A stretch of 61,457 nt of DNA, the filler included. It is 6 parts of 6 records of this genome, joined end to end, with 100 filler letters (N's around TTAATTAATTAA, not from the genome) between each part and the next. Parts side by side here need not be neighbours in the genome. Positions count along the whole stretch, not along the records: positions 46,025 to 54,989 come from SRR31156797_29433; positions 55,090 to 61,457 come from SRR31156797_29451; 4 more parts are not named here. One strand, written 5' to 3'. The translations under genes and the position numbers were made by a program. Positions 47,691-57,919 of the stretch are shown here, one piece after another. Numbering within the stretch: the stretch's first letter is position 1; each line of letters begins with the position of its first letter. The notes below the pieces were generated by a model. That model saw only the letters and a list, made by a program, of their open reading frames with translations. It did no database searches and had not been told where the DNA came from.

Positions 47691-49320
47691 TATCTTCAGG
47701 AATCTGAGCCGGGTTATACCCGCTTTCCCTGATCTTGCCGTCCCGGCACTGAAGGATGGTCTTACTGGCCCCCCTCTGCTGGGGAGTGAAATCCAGCAGA
47801 CCGAAACTCACCTTGCTGCCCAGATAGATCATATCCTCGGCCAGAACGAAGCTCGCCTCATCGGGATTCAGCTCCCGGCGCATATGGTGGACGTCCTTAA
47901 GCTTTTCTGCCGTCTTCAGCTCCGCCTCCTGCACGCTCGCGGCCGCCTGATCCCTCTGCCTGTAGGTCAGGCTGGTCGCATCGTCCTGGGAGCATAGCTT
48001 CTCGAAGTGATGCAGCTGCTTGTCCAGGTTGTCCTGTTGTTCCCTCAGCTGCGCCAGCTCCCTGAGGATAGTGTGAAAGGCATCCAGCTTCTCAGGCTCT
48101 ACCCCGACCACCACGCTGGTCTTCGCCTCGTAGAGGCTTCCGATCTTCCTGCACTTCACCCAGTTCCGCACAACCGTCAGCCCGCCCACGATCTCGCAGC
48201 GTCCTCCTTCCAGGAGCAGATCGCCCCCCACCTTTACGGTGCTGTTCAACAGGGCTCCCGATACGAATACGGAGCCCCGGGCATCTACGAAGCTGCTCTC
48301 TATGAATCGGGCGTACAGCTCGCCCCCCGTTTCCAGGTGCCCTTCCTTATCGCCGTTGATACCGGATTGAAGGATCAGGTTTCGTCCGGCGACGATCCGG
48401 ACCCTCCCCACGCTCTTGCCTATCTGGATGTCTCCGCTGGCCCTGATCTCAAAACCGTCGGCCACATGGCCCTTGACGATGACAGAACCGTCGAAATTGA
48501 GGTTCCCCGTTTCGTAGTCCACATTGTTGACCGTTACCACTGACTCCACGACGACGGCGCCCCGGTCGATCCGGACGTTTCCGCTTTCCAGAGCGAAGAT
48601 CCCGTTCCCCCGGACCTCGCAGCCCGAACCGGCGTTCAGGCTCTCTCCATCGCCGGCCGGTCTGGCCTGGACGACCTGATCGTAGAGATCCTTTCCGTCC
48701 TGAGCTTCCACGGGGGGATCGAGGACCGCCAGCTCGCAGCCCTCTTCTTTAAAATCGATGAAATTGAGTTCTTTAAGATCGATCCGACCGAAGGGGAGCT
48801 CCCGGAAGGGTTTCCCCCTATCCGTATTGAAAAGGTATCTGACCTTCCCGCCCCGGCCGTGAACGGGCTGACGCCCCTCGGCTATGGGAAACCACCGGTT
48901 ATAGCGTTCCCGTTCTATACAGTCCGTAATGGCATCCCTTTTGATTCCGAATCGAAGCTCATGCCTGTCCAGCGCCGCGTTGAACTGTTCGACCGTCACA
49001 CGCCCGCCCCCCGTCCGGGGAGGCTCCACAAAGGCCTCCGCGCTCATCCTGTCTTCGTTGACCCTGATCTGTATGGCCGGGGCCAGATGCCCCCCGGCCG
49101 GCCATTCGACGAGGATCTCCGCCCTCCCGTCGGCCCTCTCGATGATCTCTTCCAGCATCATCATGCGGACCAGGGGAATACCCAGGATCTTCATCCTGTT
49201 CAGTATGTCTTCGGCATATACCTTCTGATCGCTCTGATCACAGGGATAGACCTCAAGAACGGCATAACCGTCGCGGTAGTACAGGCTGAATCGTTTATCC
49301 GAATCGTGTTGGGCTGTCAT
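47662..49320 (-). CDS. FapA/DUF342 family protein
   Basis: GRIDLKELNFI, VDYETGNLNFDGSVIVKGHV..GFEIRASGDI, beta-helix region and coiled coil. Confidence 0.9.
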   Translation of the reverse strand: MTAQHDSDKRFSLYYRDGYAVLEVYPCDQSDQKVYAEDILNRMKILGIPLVRMMMLEEIIERADGRAEILVEWPAGGHLAPAIQIRVNEDRMSAEAFVEPPRTGGGRVTVEQFNAALDRHELRFGIKRDAITDCIERERYNRWFPIAEGRQPVHGRGGKVRYLFNTDRGKPFRELPFGRIDLKELNFIDFKEEGCELAVLDPPVEAQDGKDLYDQVVQARPAGDGESLNAGSGCEVRGNGIFALESGNVRIDRGAVVVESVVTVNNVDYETGNLNFDGSVIVKGHVADGFEIRASGDIQIGKSVGRVRIVAGRNLILQSGINGDKEGHLETGGELYARFIESSFVDARGSVFVSGALLNSTVKVGGDLLLEGGRCEIVGGLTVVRNWVKCRKIGSLYEAKTSVVVGVEPEKLDAFHTILRELAQLREQQDNLDKQLHHFEKLCSQDDATSLTYRQRDQAAASVQEAELKTAEKLKDVHHMRRELNPDEASFVLAEDMIYLGSKVSFGLLDFTPQQRGASKTILQCRDGKIRESGYNPAQIPEDIKALLPSES

Positions 49321-49324
49321 GAAA

Positions 49325-52174
49325 TCATCTTAACCGAGGGGCCGAACGCCCGCAAGGGGGGGAGGCTTCCTCTGATTGCCTGAGCCAGCGTTCCATATCT
49401 TCCGGACCAAGGGGGCGGCTGTAGAGGTAGCCCTGGTGATGCCGGCAGTTCTGATCCAGCATCCACCGCTCCTGCTCGGCCGTCTCGATCCCTTCGGCGA
49501 TGACCTCCAGCGACAGCTCCCGTGCCACCTCCATAATCAGGGAGACCACCCGCTTCAGCTTTTCGTCCACCAGCACTCCGTCGGTCATTCCCTTGTCGAT
49601 CTTCAGGGCGTCGATGGGCAGGCGGCTCAGATAGGCCAGGGAGGAGTATCCGGTTCCGAAGTCGTCCATGGCGATTCTGAATCCCAGAGATTTGAGGGTC
49701 GAAATCATCTCCAGCATCCTGTCCGCCGAAAGCATGATGGCCGTTTCCGTCAGTTCCACCTGAATGTTACCGGGAGGGACGCCGTACCTGCGGCATAGCC
49801 CGGACAGCCTCTCGGGCAGGCGTTGCTCTCTGAACTGAAGGGGAGAGAAGTTGATGCTTATGTAGTGGAAATCAAGCCCCATTTCCAATAGGCGCCCGGC
49901 CTGCCTGACCGCGCTGTTCATGATCCACTCGCCCAGGGGATGGATCAGGCCCGTGTCCTCCGCCGCCATGATATACTCGGCAGGAGAGATCCGGCTCCCC
50001 TCTTCCAGCCTCAAAAGGGCTTCAAAACCGGGAGGATCCCCATCCCTTCGCTCGACAATGGGCTGATAGACCATGGAGAGCTTGTCGGTCTGCAGGCCGT
50101 TGGACAGGGACCTTGTCATGCTGAAGACTTTTTTCGAATCGCCCGAGAAACTCTCGAGGTAAAAAACGAGGCTGTTCTTCCCCTGTGCTTTGGCACGGTC
50201 CAGAGCCATCTCGGCCCGGTGAAGCAGGATCTGAATGTCTGCGGACTCGGAGAGACGTTCCACCTCGGCTCCCAGGGAGATCGTAAAAAAGAATTCGTCG
50301 CCGGCTTTCAGAAACAGGCCGCTGTTAAGGGCCTCTCCCAGAAGCTCAACGTCTCTTCTCATAGCGCCAGCGTTCTCATAACCGCTGAACAGAAGTACCA
50401 GATCGTCCGAGTTAATATGAAAGAGACCGGCGTCCAGACCGAGGCCCAATAGGATCTCTTTGATCCTCAGACACAAAACCTTCATGATCTTGTGTCCCTG
50501 CTCGTATCCGAAGGCCGTATAGACCCTGCCCAGGTCGTCAAGGTTCAGCAGAACCACTCCGATCAGGCTGCCACGGCTGAAGGCGGCCCCCGTTTCGTAA
50601 AGGGACTGGAGGTTGGGATACCCCGATATGGCATTCGTATAGGCAAGGGATTCGATCATGTGACGTCTCCTGTTGGCCTGGGAGATATCGGCGATGATGC
50701 CGATCATGCGGTGATGCTCTCCCCAGCGCTCCACATATCCCTTGAGCAGGATCCAGCGCTCCTCCTCTTTATCGGTCCTGAGGCGCAGCTCCAGTTCCAC
50801 CTCACCCTGGACATCTGAACGGATCAGGCTCCTGGCGCGGTCCTTCATCTTTACAATGCTCTCGGGACAGAGAAGCCTGTAGGACCAGATCTCCAGCTCC
50901 CGTCCCGTCCTCTTTCCGGGATCGCAACCGAATACGGAGACGCAGTTCTTTGAAAACGAGAGGAAGTGGGCGGAGGGACGCCACTCCATGATGATATCCC
51001 TGGAAGCGTCAATGGCCAGGCGGTATCGGCTCTCGTAAAGCTCCACCTCCGATTTCTCGGACAGAAGAGACCTTACCAGCTGATCCACAGAGCCTTTCAG
51101 AGTGTTCAGTTCCCGGGTTTCCCCGCTGCTGAGCCTGTGATCCCAGCATCCCGATGAGATAAGGCGGATGTCCTCCACCATCAGGGCGATGGGTCTGGTC
51201 AGGGACAGGGTTAGCCGGGAGATGAGAATCAGGGTCAGCAGGGTCAGCAGCAGGATCTGAGCCAGGAACAGGACAATGCCCTGCTTCAGTCTGGACCAGA
51301 AAGAGTCAAGAGAGTAGCTGATGCAGACAAAGTACTCGATGAAGGTCATGGGATTCTTCACGTTATCCAGAGAGAAGTTGAAGTAGTTCTTCACGACCCC
51401 TTCTCTCAAAAGCCACTCCTCTCTCTGATCGTCTCCCGCCTCCTTCATATCCCTCCTTATCACGGCGAGGGGAGACTCTTCATTGTCAAACTCTTTGAAC
51501 TCCAGAATCTCTATGGAGAGGTTCTGGTTCCCCAGATCTCCGAATTTTTCAGCCAGGTAGGAGGAGTTTATGGGACGGAAGAGCCTGTCGTCTGCGGGCA
51601 TCGCGGCTCCCAGCTCCAGAATGAATCTCCTGTCCGGACTGGGAACGTAGCCGTACTTCCTGTACATGTCCGATCTGATCTCGCGCGAGATATTGTCTAT
51701 GACCATATCCCCTCCCTCCCGCAGCAGGGCAAGGCGGCGGGCAAACAGGGGAGTCGTCTCACGAAAATCCAGGCCCACATCCTGTTCGTAACTGGAGTAT
51801 ATAACCCTTTCCCGATCATCGATGACATAGAGGTCCCAGATAGCCCCCCATCGGCCCTTGAGGGATTCCAGATCCATGGCGCCGGGATCATGGCCGGCCC
51901 TCTCGTATTCATCCCTGAACTGGAACAGATACTCTTCCATCGTCCGGGAGAACATAAAGTCGTAGAGTACGTTTATATCTTCCAGAAGAGAAAAGTTGAT
52001 ACCTACGACCTCGTTGATGACATGCCGGATCTCTTCATACTGCTTGTAGGAATTGAAGACGAAGATGCCGCTGGTGATAAGGAAAAAGACGCTATTCATC
52101 AACAGTATGAGAGGCAGAAAGCTTTTCAGGTATTTACGATGAAGGGTTGTGTCATTCTTTACAGCCATATTCAC
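49325..52174 (-). CDS. Membrane sensor with HAMP, PAS, degenerate GGDEF and EAL domains (c-di-GMP phosphodiesterase)
   Basis: 2 TM; NSDDL in place of GGDEF; intact EAL, ELTET, DDFGTGYSS, EGIET. Confidence 0.9.
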   Translation of the reverse strand: MNMAVKNDTTLHRKYLKSFLPLILLMNSVFFLITSGIFVFNSYKQYEEIRHVINEVVGINFSLLEDINVLYDFMFSRTMEEYLFQFRDEYERAGHDPGAMDLESLKGRWGAIWDLYVIDDRERVIYSSYEQDVGLDFRETTPLFARRLALLREGGDMVIDNISREIRSDMYRKYGYVPSPDRRFILELGAAMPADDRLFRPINSSYLAEKFGDLGNQNLSIEILEFKEFDNEESPLAVIRRDMKEAGDDQREEWLLREGVVKNYFNFSLDNVKNPMTFIEYFVCISYSLDSFWSRLKQGIVLFLAQILLLTLLTLILISRLTLSLTRPIALMVEDIRLISSGCWDHRLSSGETRELNTLKGSVDQLVRSLLSEKSEVELYESRYRLAIDASRDIIMEWRPSAHFLSFSKNCVSVFGCDPGKRTGRELEIWSYRLLCPESIVKMKDRARSLIRSDVQGEVELELRLRTDKEEERWILLKGYVERWGEHHRMIGIIADISQANRRRHMIESLAYTNAISGYPNLQSLYETGAAFSRGSLIGVVLLNLDDLGRVYTAFGYEQGHKIMKVLCLRIKEILLGLGLDAGLFHINSDDLVLLFSGYENAGAMRRDVELLGEALNSGLFLKAGDEFFFTISLGAEVERLSESADIQILLHRAEMALDRAKAQGKNSLVFYLESFSGDSKKVFSMTRSLSNGLQTDKLSMVYQPIVERRDGDPPGFEALLRLEEGSRISPAEYIMAAEDTGLIHPLGEWIMNSAVRQAGRLLEMGLDFHYISINFSPLQFREQRLPERLSGLCRRYGVPPGNIQVELTETAIMLSADRMLEMISTLKSLGFRIAMDDFGTGYSSLAYLSRLPIDALKIDKGMTDGVLVDEKLKRVVSLIMEVARELSLEVIAEGIETAEQERWMLDQNCRHHQGYLYSRPLGPEDMERWLRQSEEASPPCGRSAPRLR

Positions 52175-52219
52175 TCTTTGTGGTCAGATCATAGCAGAGA
52201 ACAATTATTTTTGAAAGTT

Positions 52220-52255
52220 AAAAAAAAAACCCCTCGCCGGATCACGGGAGGGGTT
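52220..52255 (-). terminator. Intrinsic terminator after the TRAP permease
   Basis: Minus strand AACCCCTCCCG-TGATC-CGGCGAGGGG followed by T10. Confidence 0.75.
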
Positions 52256-52276
52256 CCTGCTCCTAAATCGGAACTG

Positions 52277-54349
52277 TCAGGCGGAGACTCTTCCGACCCG
52301 GAAGCGCTGGAAGAGATAGACCAGTGCGACGATGACGATTCCGATACCGGTCATCATGACCTTGGAGGCGTCTCCCATCCCGATCCATCCTCCCACGAGC
52401 TGGGGACGCAGAAGGGTCAGGGCCCCGAGCCCCAGCAGGATGCCTTCGAACCATTTGTTCTTCGCAAAGAAATAGCCCTGGGTCAGAGCCGCGAAAGCGA
52501 ACATGGCCAAAAGAGCCGTAACGAATATCCAAACGGCATATCCCACGCTGTCTACCCCGATCAGGAGCAGCTCTGTATTGAAGATAAACATAAAGGGCAG
52601 AATCGCCGTTCTGATATCGTATGTGAACCCCTGGACCCCCGTCTTGATGGGATCGGATTTGGCGATGGCAGACGCGGCGAAGGCCGCCAGCCCCACGGGA
52701 GGGGTATCGTCCGCCAGGATCCCGAAGAAGAAAACGAAGAGGTGGGCCGCGATCAGGGGAACCGCGATACCGCTCTTCTCTCCCAGTGTCAGGATAACGG
52801 GGGCCGTCAGCGAGGCCATGACGATGTAGTTAGCCGTGGTGGGCAGCCCCATTCCCAGGATAAGGCTGGCGATGGCCGTGATGATCAGGATCAGGATGAA
52901 GTTCCCCCCCGAAAGGACCTCGATCACCTCGGTGATGATGCCTCCCAGTCCCAGGGTGACGACGCCCACGATGATGCCGGCAGCCGCGACGGCCACGCCG
53001 ATACCCATCATGTTCTTTCCCCCTGCCACAAGGGAGGTTCCGATCTGCCAGGCCGCGTGCTTCACGCCCTTCATGAGCGGCTCATTCTTCTTCCTCGCCC
53101 TATAGATGTTCTGAAGAAAGATCAGGACGGAAAGGGCCAGGATGGCGCGGAAAGCCGCCAGAGCGGGAGAGTGGCGGAAGACGACCAGTTCCACAATCAG
53201 GAAGACAAGGGGTATCAGGAAGTGGATGCCGCCGACAAAGGTCTTCCAGAACCGGGGCAGTTCTTCCTTAGAGATCCCCTCAAGCCCCAGCTTAGAGGCC
53301 TCCAGATGGGTGATGTACATCAGGGCGATGTAGGAGACCACGGCCGGGATAAAGGCGGCCCGGATAACCGCCACGTATTCCAGATTACAGTATTCGGCGA
53401 TGATAAAGGCGGCCGCTCCCATAATGGGGGGCATCAGCTGGCCGTTGGTGGAACAGGCCACTTCTACGGCCCCCGCCTTGTGAGCCGGATAGCCCACGCT
53501 CTTCATCAGGGGTATGGTGAATGTTCCGGTGGTTACGGTATTGGCGATGCTGGAGCCGGAAACCATACCGGTCAGACCGCTGGCCAGCACCGCCGCCTTG
53601 GCGGGTCCGCCCTTGAAGCGTCCCAGCAGGCTGAAGGCCAGATCGACGAAGTACTTGCCCGCTCCCGCCTTGTCCAGCATGGCTCCGAAGAGGACGAAGA
53701 GGAAGACGATGGTGGCGGAGACGTCCAGAGGAACCCCGTAGACCCCTTCGGTGGCCAGGGTGATCTGCCCGATGAAACGCTTGATGGAAACGCCCTTGAA
53801 GGCCAGAACCGCCGGCATGTAGGGTCCGAAAAAGCTGTAGAGGATGAAGATGATGGCCACGATGGGCAACGCGGGTCCCAGCGCTCTGCGGGCGGCTTCC
53901 AGAAGGAGAACCACAAGGGCGAAACCGACGATGACATCCCGGGGAAGGGGCGCGCCCTGGCGGCCGCTGATCCCCACGTAATCGATGGCGATGTAGAGGG
54001 CCAGGAAGGTCGCCGCGAGGGCCACTATGATATCGACCGCCGAGAAGCGGTCGTTGTTGGCGAAGTAGTTCAGAATACGGTTTTTCTTCGGCTTTTTAAA
54101 TAGGGGATGGCTCAGGAACACGAGACCGATGGCAAAGCCCAGGTGAATGGCCCGGACGATAGTGCTCTCGAGCAGGATAAAGGAAGAAATGGCCAGCTGA
54201 AACAGAGACCAGCAGGCAGCGATCACGGGAATCACCCAACGGCCGGGGCCGGATTCGATATTACGGGTCCCCCCTTCCGCTTCGTCTACGATCCTCTGAG
54301 CCTTGTCAAGGTCCGCATCGCTTGGTTGATTCTCAAGTTCTTTTAACAT
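52277..54349 (-). CDS. TAXI-TRAP transporter fused 4TM/12TM permease
   Basis: GGPAKAAV, SGSSIANTVTTG, GQLMPPIMGAAAF, GMGLPTTANY, ADDTPPV. Confidence 0.95.
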   Translation of the reverse strand: MLKELENQPSDADLDKAQRIVDEAEGGTRNIESGPGRWVIPVIAACWSLFQLAISSFILLESTIVRAIHLGFAIGLVFLSHPLFKKPKKNRILNYFANNDRFSAVDIIVALAATFLALYIAIDYVGISGRQGAPLPRDVIVGFALVVLLLEAARRALGPALPIVAIIFILYSFFGPYMPAVLAFKGVSIKRFIGQITLATEGVYGVPLDVSATIVFLFVLFGAMLDKAGAGKYFVDLAFSLLGRFKGGPAKAAVLASGLTGMVSGSSIANTVTTGTFTIPLMKSVGYPAHKAGAVEVACSTNGQLMPPIMGAAAFIIAEYCNLEYVAVIRAAFIPAVVSYIALMYITHLEASKLGLEGISKEELPRFWKTFVGGIHFLIPLVFLIVELVVFRHSPALAAFRAILALSVLIFLQNIYRARKKNEPLMKGVKHAAWQIGTSLVAGGKNMMGIGVAVAAAGIIVGVVTLGLGGIITEVIEVLSGGNFILILIITAIASLILGMGLPTTANYIVMASLTAPVILTLGEKSGIAVPLIAAHLFVFFFGILADDTPPVGLAAFAASAIAKSDPIKTGVQGFTYDIRTAILPFMFIFNTELLLIGVDSVGYAVWIFVTALLAMFAFAALTQGYFFAKNKWFEGILLGLGALTLLRPQLVGGWIGMGDASKVMMTGIGIVIVALVYLFQRFRVGRVSA

Positions 54350-54473
54350 AGAAAAACAGGCTCCTTAAAAATTTAATCCCCCCCGGAAGGAGGGAGAGCT
54401 TCCGGCGCATCCGCGCCGGAACAGATACATTGATTGATCCCGGAAAGAAGAACCTCCGGGAAAAGATCATTTC

Positions 54474-54989
54474 TTATTTCAGACCAACTTCCTTGAAGTA
54501 CTTCATGGCACCGTCATGGATGGGCGCGGAAAGTCCGGTCAGCATGCTCTCGGCCGTGAGAATGGCGAAGGCGGGGTGCAGTCCCTTGAAGGTATCCAGG
54601 TTCTCGAAAACCTCTTTGGTCACGGCGTAAACCACATCGTCGGGAACGTCGGAGGAGGTACAGAGGGTAGCCTTCACGCCGAAGGTGGCGGCATCGGCGG
54701 TGTTGGTGGCGTTGGGGTACTCTTTCACGGGGATGAAAGACTTGGCGTAGTAGGGGTTGGAAGCGATCAGATCGTCAACCTTTGTGATCTCTACGAAGTG
54801 GGCCTTTCTCTTACCGGAGGTGGCTTCCTTGAAGGAGCCGTTGGGGTGACCTACGGTATAGAAGTAGGCGTCGATTCTTCCGTCCTGCAGCATCTTGGCG
54901 GCCTCGGCGGGCTTCAGACCTTCGGCCTTGATGTCCTTCTCCCAGTCCATGCCGTAGGCTTCGAGGATATCCATGGCGTTTCCTCTCTG
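54474..54989 (-). CDS. TAXI-family TRAP solute-binding protein, 5'-truncated
   Basis: LQDGRIDAYFYTVGHP, VYAVTKEVFENL, PIHDGAMKYFKEVGL. Confidence 0.93.
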   Translation of the reverse strand, partial: QRGNAMDILEAYGMDWEKDIKAEGLKPAEAAKMLQDGRIDAYFYTVGHPNGSFKEATSGKRKAHFVEITKVDDLIASNPYYAKSFIPVKEYPNATNTADAATFGVKATLCTSSDVPDDVVYAVTKEVFENLDTFKGLHPAFAILTAESMLTGLSAPIHDGAMKYFKEVGLK

Positions 54990-55089
54990 NNNNNNNNNNN
55001 NNNNNNNNNNNNNNNNNNNNNNNNNNNNNNNNNTTAATTAATTAANNNNNNNNNNNNNNNNNNNNNNNNNNNNNNNNNNNNNNNNNNNN
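54990..55089. other. Artificial contig spacer
   Basis: N44-TTAATTAATTAA-N44. Confidence 0.99.
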
Positions 55090-55090
55090 A

Positions 55091-55651
55091 ACTCCACTTT
55101 CACGTTTAAATGCCGCCGACGGAATGGCAACACCGCTGGCTCAACAGGAATATGAAAAAATGTACGGCGTTTTAGGGGGTAAGCCCGTTCATGCAACACT
55201 GGCCATGCATTGGGCCAGATTAATTGAGTTGCTTTATTCGGCAGAACGAATGTACGAACTGGTTACCGATAAAGAAATTACCGGAACAGAAATAAGAACA
55301 CCAATTAAAAATATTGTTGGCGAAGGAGTTGGCATTGTAGAAGCACAACGTGGAACACTAACTCACCATTATTTTACCAATGAAAAGGGCATTGTTACCA
55401 AAGCCAATATAATTGTAGGTACAACCAACAACAATGCTGCCATTTGCATGTCGTTAAAAAAAGCTGCACAAGGGCTCATAAAAAAAGGAGTTGAGGTTAC
55501 TGACGGAATTCTGAATATGATAGAAATGGCGTTTCGTGCTTACGATCCTTGTTTTTCGTGCGCCACCCATAGTTTGCCCGGAGAAATGCCAATGATTGTT
55601 AACATCCGGGAAAAAGATGGAACGCTCATTCGTTCGGTGCAACGGAAATAA
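55091..55651 (+). CDS. Group 3 (MvhA-like) [NiFe]-hydrogenase large subunit C-terminus, 5'-truncated
   Basis: HWARLIE, EAQRGTLTHHY, L2 motif RAYDPCFSCATH and a cleavable C-terminal extension. Confidence 0.92.
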   Translation, partial: TPLSRLNAADGMATPLAQQEYEKMYGVLGGKPVHATLAMHWARLIELLYSAERMYELVTDKEITGTEIRTPIKNIVGEGVGIVEAQRGTLTHHYFTNEKGIVTKANIIVGTTNNNAAICMSLKKAAQGLIKKGVEVTDGILNMIEMAFRAYDPCFSCATHSLPGEMPMIVNIREKDGTLIRSVQRK

Positions 55652-55672
55652 GGACAGCCCGTAAAAGAAAAT

Positions 55673-56194
55673 ATGGACAGAAATAAAAATAACACTTTGG
55701 TTCTGGGAATAGGCAATGATATTTTAACCGACGATGCCATTGGACCTACCTTGTGCGATTTCCTGAAAGAGAAATTTAGTGATTCTGTAATCGATTTCGA
55801 AAAATTGAATGTGGGAGGACTTGAGGTTCTGGAATTTATTCAAGGCTACCGGAAAGTTATTTTTATTGATGCCATAAAAACTGCCAACAGAAATATAGGA
55901 GAGGTGAACCTTTATACACCTGAAAATTTTAAAGAAACTCTTCACCTTTCCAATTTACACGATACTAACTTTATAACCGCACTTGAACTGGGAAGATCGC
56001 TTCATTTTAAGATCCCTCCTGAAATGTACATCATTACAGTGGAAATTAAAGAAGATATGGTTTTTTCAGAATACTTTACAGAGGAGCTAGCCTTGAGATT
56101 CAACGAAATAAAAAACGAGGTTGTTGAAATAATTCATGAGCTGGTTCCGGAAATTAAAACCAAAAAAACAGTGATAAAAAGTGAGCATCTTTAA
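55673..56194 (+). CDS. Hydrogenase maturation protease
   Basis: VLGIGNDILTDDAIG, IFIDAI, SNLHD. Confidence 0.92.
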   Translation: MDRNKNNTLVLGIGNDILTDDAIGPTLCDFLKEKFSDSVIDFEKLNVGGLEVLEFIQGYRKVIFIDAIKTANRNIGEVNLYTPENFKETLHLSNLHDTNFITALELGRSLHFKIPPEMYIITVEIKEDMVFSEYFTEELALRFNEIKNEVVEIIHELVPEIKTKKTVIKSEHL

Positions 56195-56654
56195 CAAAAA
56201 GGGAATGTTGGTTTTTCCAAATCCGAAGAAACATAAAAAAATCTGTCAAGAAGAAAAATTGTTGGTTTTTACTGAGTGTTACTGCCCAAACGGACATAAC
56301 CTGGTTAACGAGAATGTTCGGTTTGATGAATTCGATGGGATTTATTTTAAGATTGAAAGAGAAAATGAACAAGGATACGTGGCATTAAGTCCTGTTTATG
56401 GTTGCCATTCCAGAATCTCTAATGGAATAACATTAAAAGAAAACCAGCTGTATAATTTGTGCTGTCCTCAATGTGGAATCTCATTTCCTGCATTCTCTGA
56501 ATGCCATTGCGGAGGCAATATTTTAACCCTTTTTCTTGACAAAGAAGCAAACTACGACTCTTTTATTGGAGTGTGTAATCGTGTTGGATGCACCAACTCT
56601 CATATTCAAATTGGTGAAGAACTTATTACTTCGGCCAGACTAGAATCAATGTAA
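56181..56654 (+). CDS. Cys-rich hypothetical protein
   Basis: CYCPNGH, CCPQC, CHCGG, VCNRVGC; overlaps the protease gene. Confidence 0.8.
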   Translation: MSIFNKKGMLVFPNPKKHKKICQEEKLLVFTECYCPNGHNLVNENVRFDEFDGIYFKIERENEQGYVALSPVYGCHSRISNGITLKENQLYNLCCPQCGISFPAFSECHCGGNILTLFLDKEANYDSFIGVCNRVGCTNSHIQIGEELITSARLESM

Positions 56655-56688
56655 GATATGGTTATCATCCGGAAAGAAAGACATAAAA

Positions 56689-57867
56689 ATGAAACATCTT
56701 TTACAAATTGTTTTGCTGGTAACGTGGACAATTGTTTTGCCGGCACAAATTCCCGATCCGGAGTGGTACCGGCAATCGGGTGTTAGAGGATGCGATTTTT
56801 TTGCAGATGTTATTGAAGACTACAACAAAGGATACACCGTTCTTGGAGGTCAAGACTCACCTAACAATTCATTTGATTTTTGGATTTTAAGATTTTCTCC
56901 AGATGGTGAAATTCTTTGGACTAAAACTTTCGGAACAACGCTCACCGACATTCCTAAAAGAATTACACAACTAAGCAACAAAACCTATATTTTACTGGGA
57001 ACCTCACAAACTGAAGACAAGAAAAACAAAGTTTTACTAATTGGAATAGATGGAAACGGAATGGAACTTTGGCAAAAAACGTTAAGTAATGAATACCTGG
57101 CTGCCGAGGACCTGATCTCGCTGGAAAATGGCAGGTTTGCAGTGGTTGGAGCCAAAGGAAGTGAACCGGAAAATCCAAAACTCTGGATGGCTGTATTCAA
57201 CAGCAAGGCAGAGCTCATCTTTGAAAAAACCTATTACGAACAAATGAATGGCTGTGCCCGGTCGATAAAAAAACTTCCATTGGGAGGATTTGTAGCTGCA
57301 GCACAAATTAATGAAGCTGGAAAAAAGGACTGCGATATTATGGTATTTCAAACGGATGATAAGGGAACAGCTGAATGGTATTCGCATATAAAAACGCCGG
57401 GGCAGAAAGTTTGGCCCGCATGTATTTGTTGTTCTCCCGACAGTTGTTTTATGGTAGTTGGCTGGCAAGGAAAATGTTTTGGTGATATCAACATTGACGA
57501 ACCGGTTTTTGATTTCGACCTGGTTATAAATAAGATTAATCGCCAGGGAAAAATAGAATGGACAAAAAGTATCGACCGGGAAGGTTCTGAAGGTGGCAAT
57601 GCACTTACTTTTCAGCCGGATGAAACTTTTATCGTTGCCGGAATGAAAATGACCTCGTTTCTTGGAAAGGTAGGTCCCTGGTTACTAAACATTGATTTGG
57701 AAGGAAAAGAGCAATATGAAAAGCTGCTCAAACTTAAATTTCAAAACGATCAGGCTTCACGAATAATCAACTCTTCCGACGGAGGTTTTGTAATTGTTGG
57801 CCCGGGAATCCAGGAAGTAAGTAATTCTCGCAGTGATGGATGGATAATAAAATATGCTGGGATATAA
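56689..57867 (+). CDS. Secreted beta-propeller-like repeat protein
   Basis: Signal peptide; repeats of type DxWhhKhDxxGxxxWxKThG...xxxGGFhhhG. Confidence 0.8.
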   Translation: MKHLLQIVLLVTWTIVLPAQIPDPEWYRQSGVRGCDFFADVIEDYNKGYTVLGGQDSPNNSFDFWILRFSPDGEILWTKTFGTTLTDIPKRITQLSNKTYILLGTSQTEDKKNKVLLIGIDGNGMELWQKTLSNEYLAAEDLISLENGRFAVVGAKGSEPENPKLWMAVFNSKAELIFEKTYYEQMNGCARSIKKLPLGGFVAAAQINEAGKKDCDIMVFQTDDKGTAEWYSHIKTPGQKVWPACICCSPDSCFMVVGWQGKCFGDINIDEPVFDFDLVINKINRQGKIEWTKSIDREGSEGGNALTFQPDETFIVAGMKMTSFLGKVGPWLLNIDLEGKEQYEKLLKLKFQNDQASRIINSSDGGFVIVGPGIQEVSNSRSDGWIIKYAGI

Positions 57868-57919
57868 AGATCAAGCTATACAACAGAAATAGAATTATTT
57901 AACTAAAAATTACAAAGTC

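Noticed and set aside
51890-54103. 737-aa + strand ORF
   Set aside because: Antisense shadow of the GC-rich TRAP permease; no motifs.
55540-55575. Possible selenocysteine in the [NiFe] L2 motif
   Set aside because: The codons are TGT and TGC (Cys); there is no in-frame TGA.
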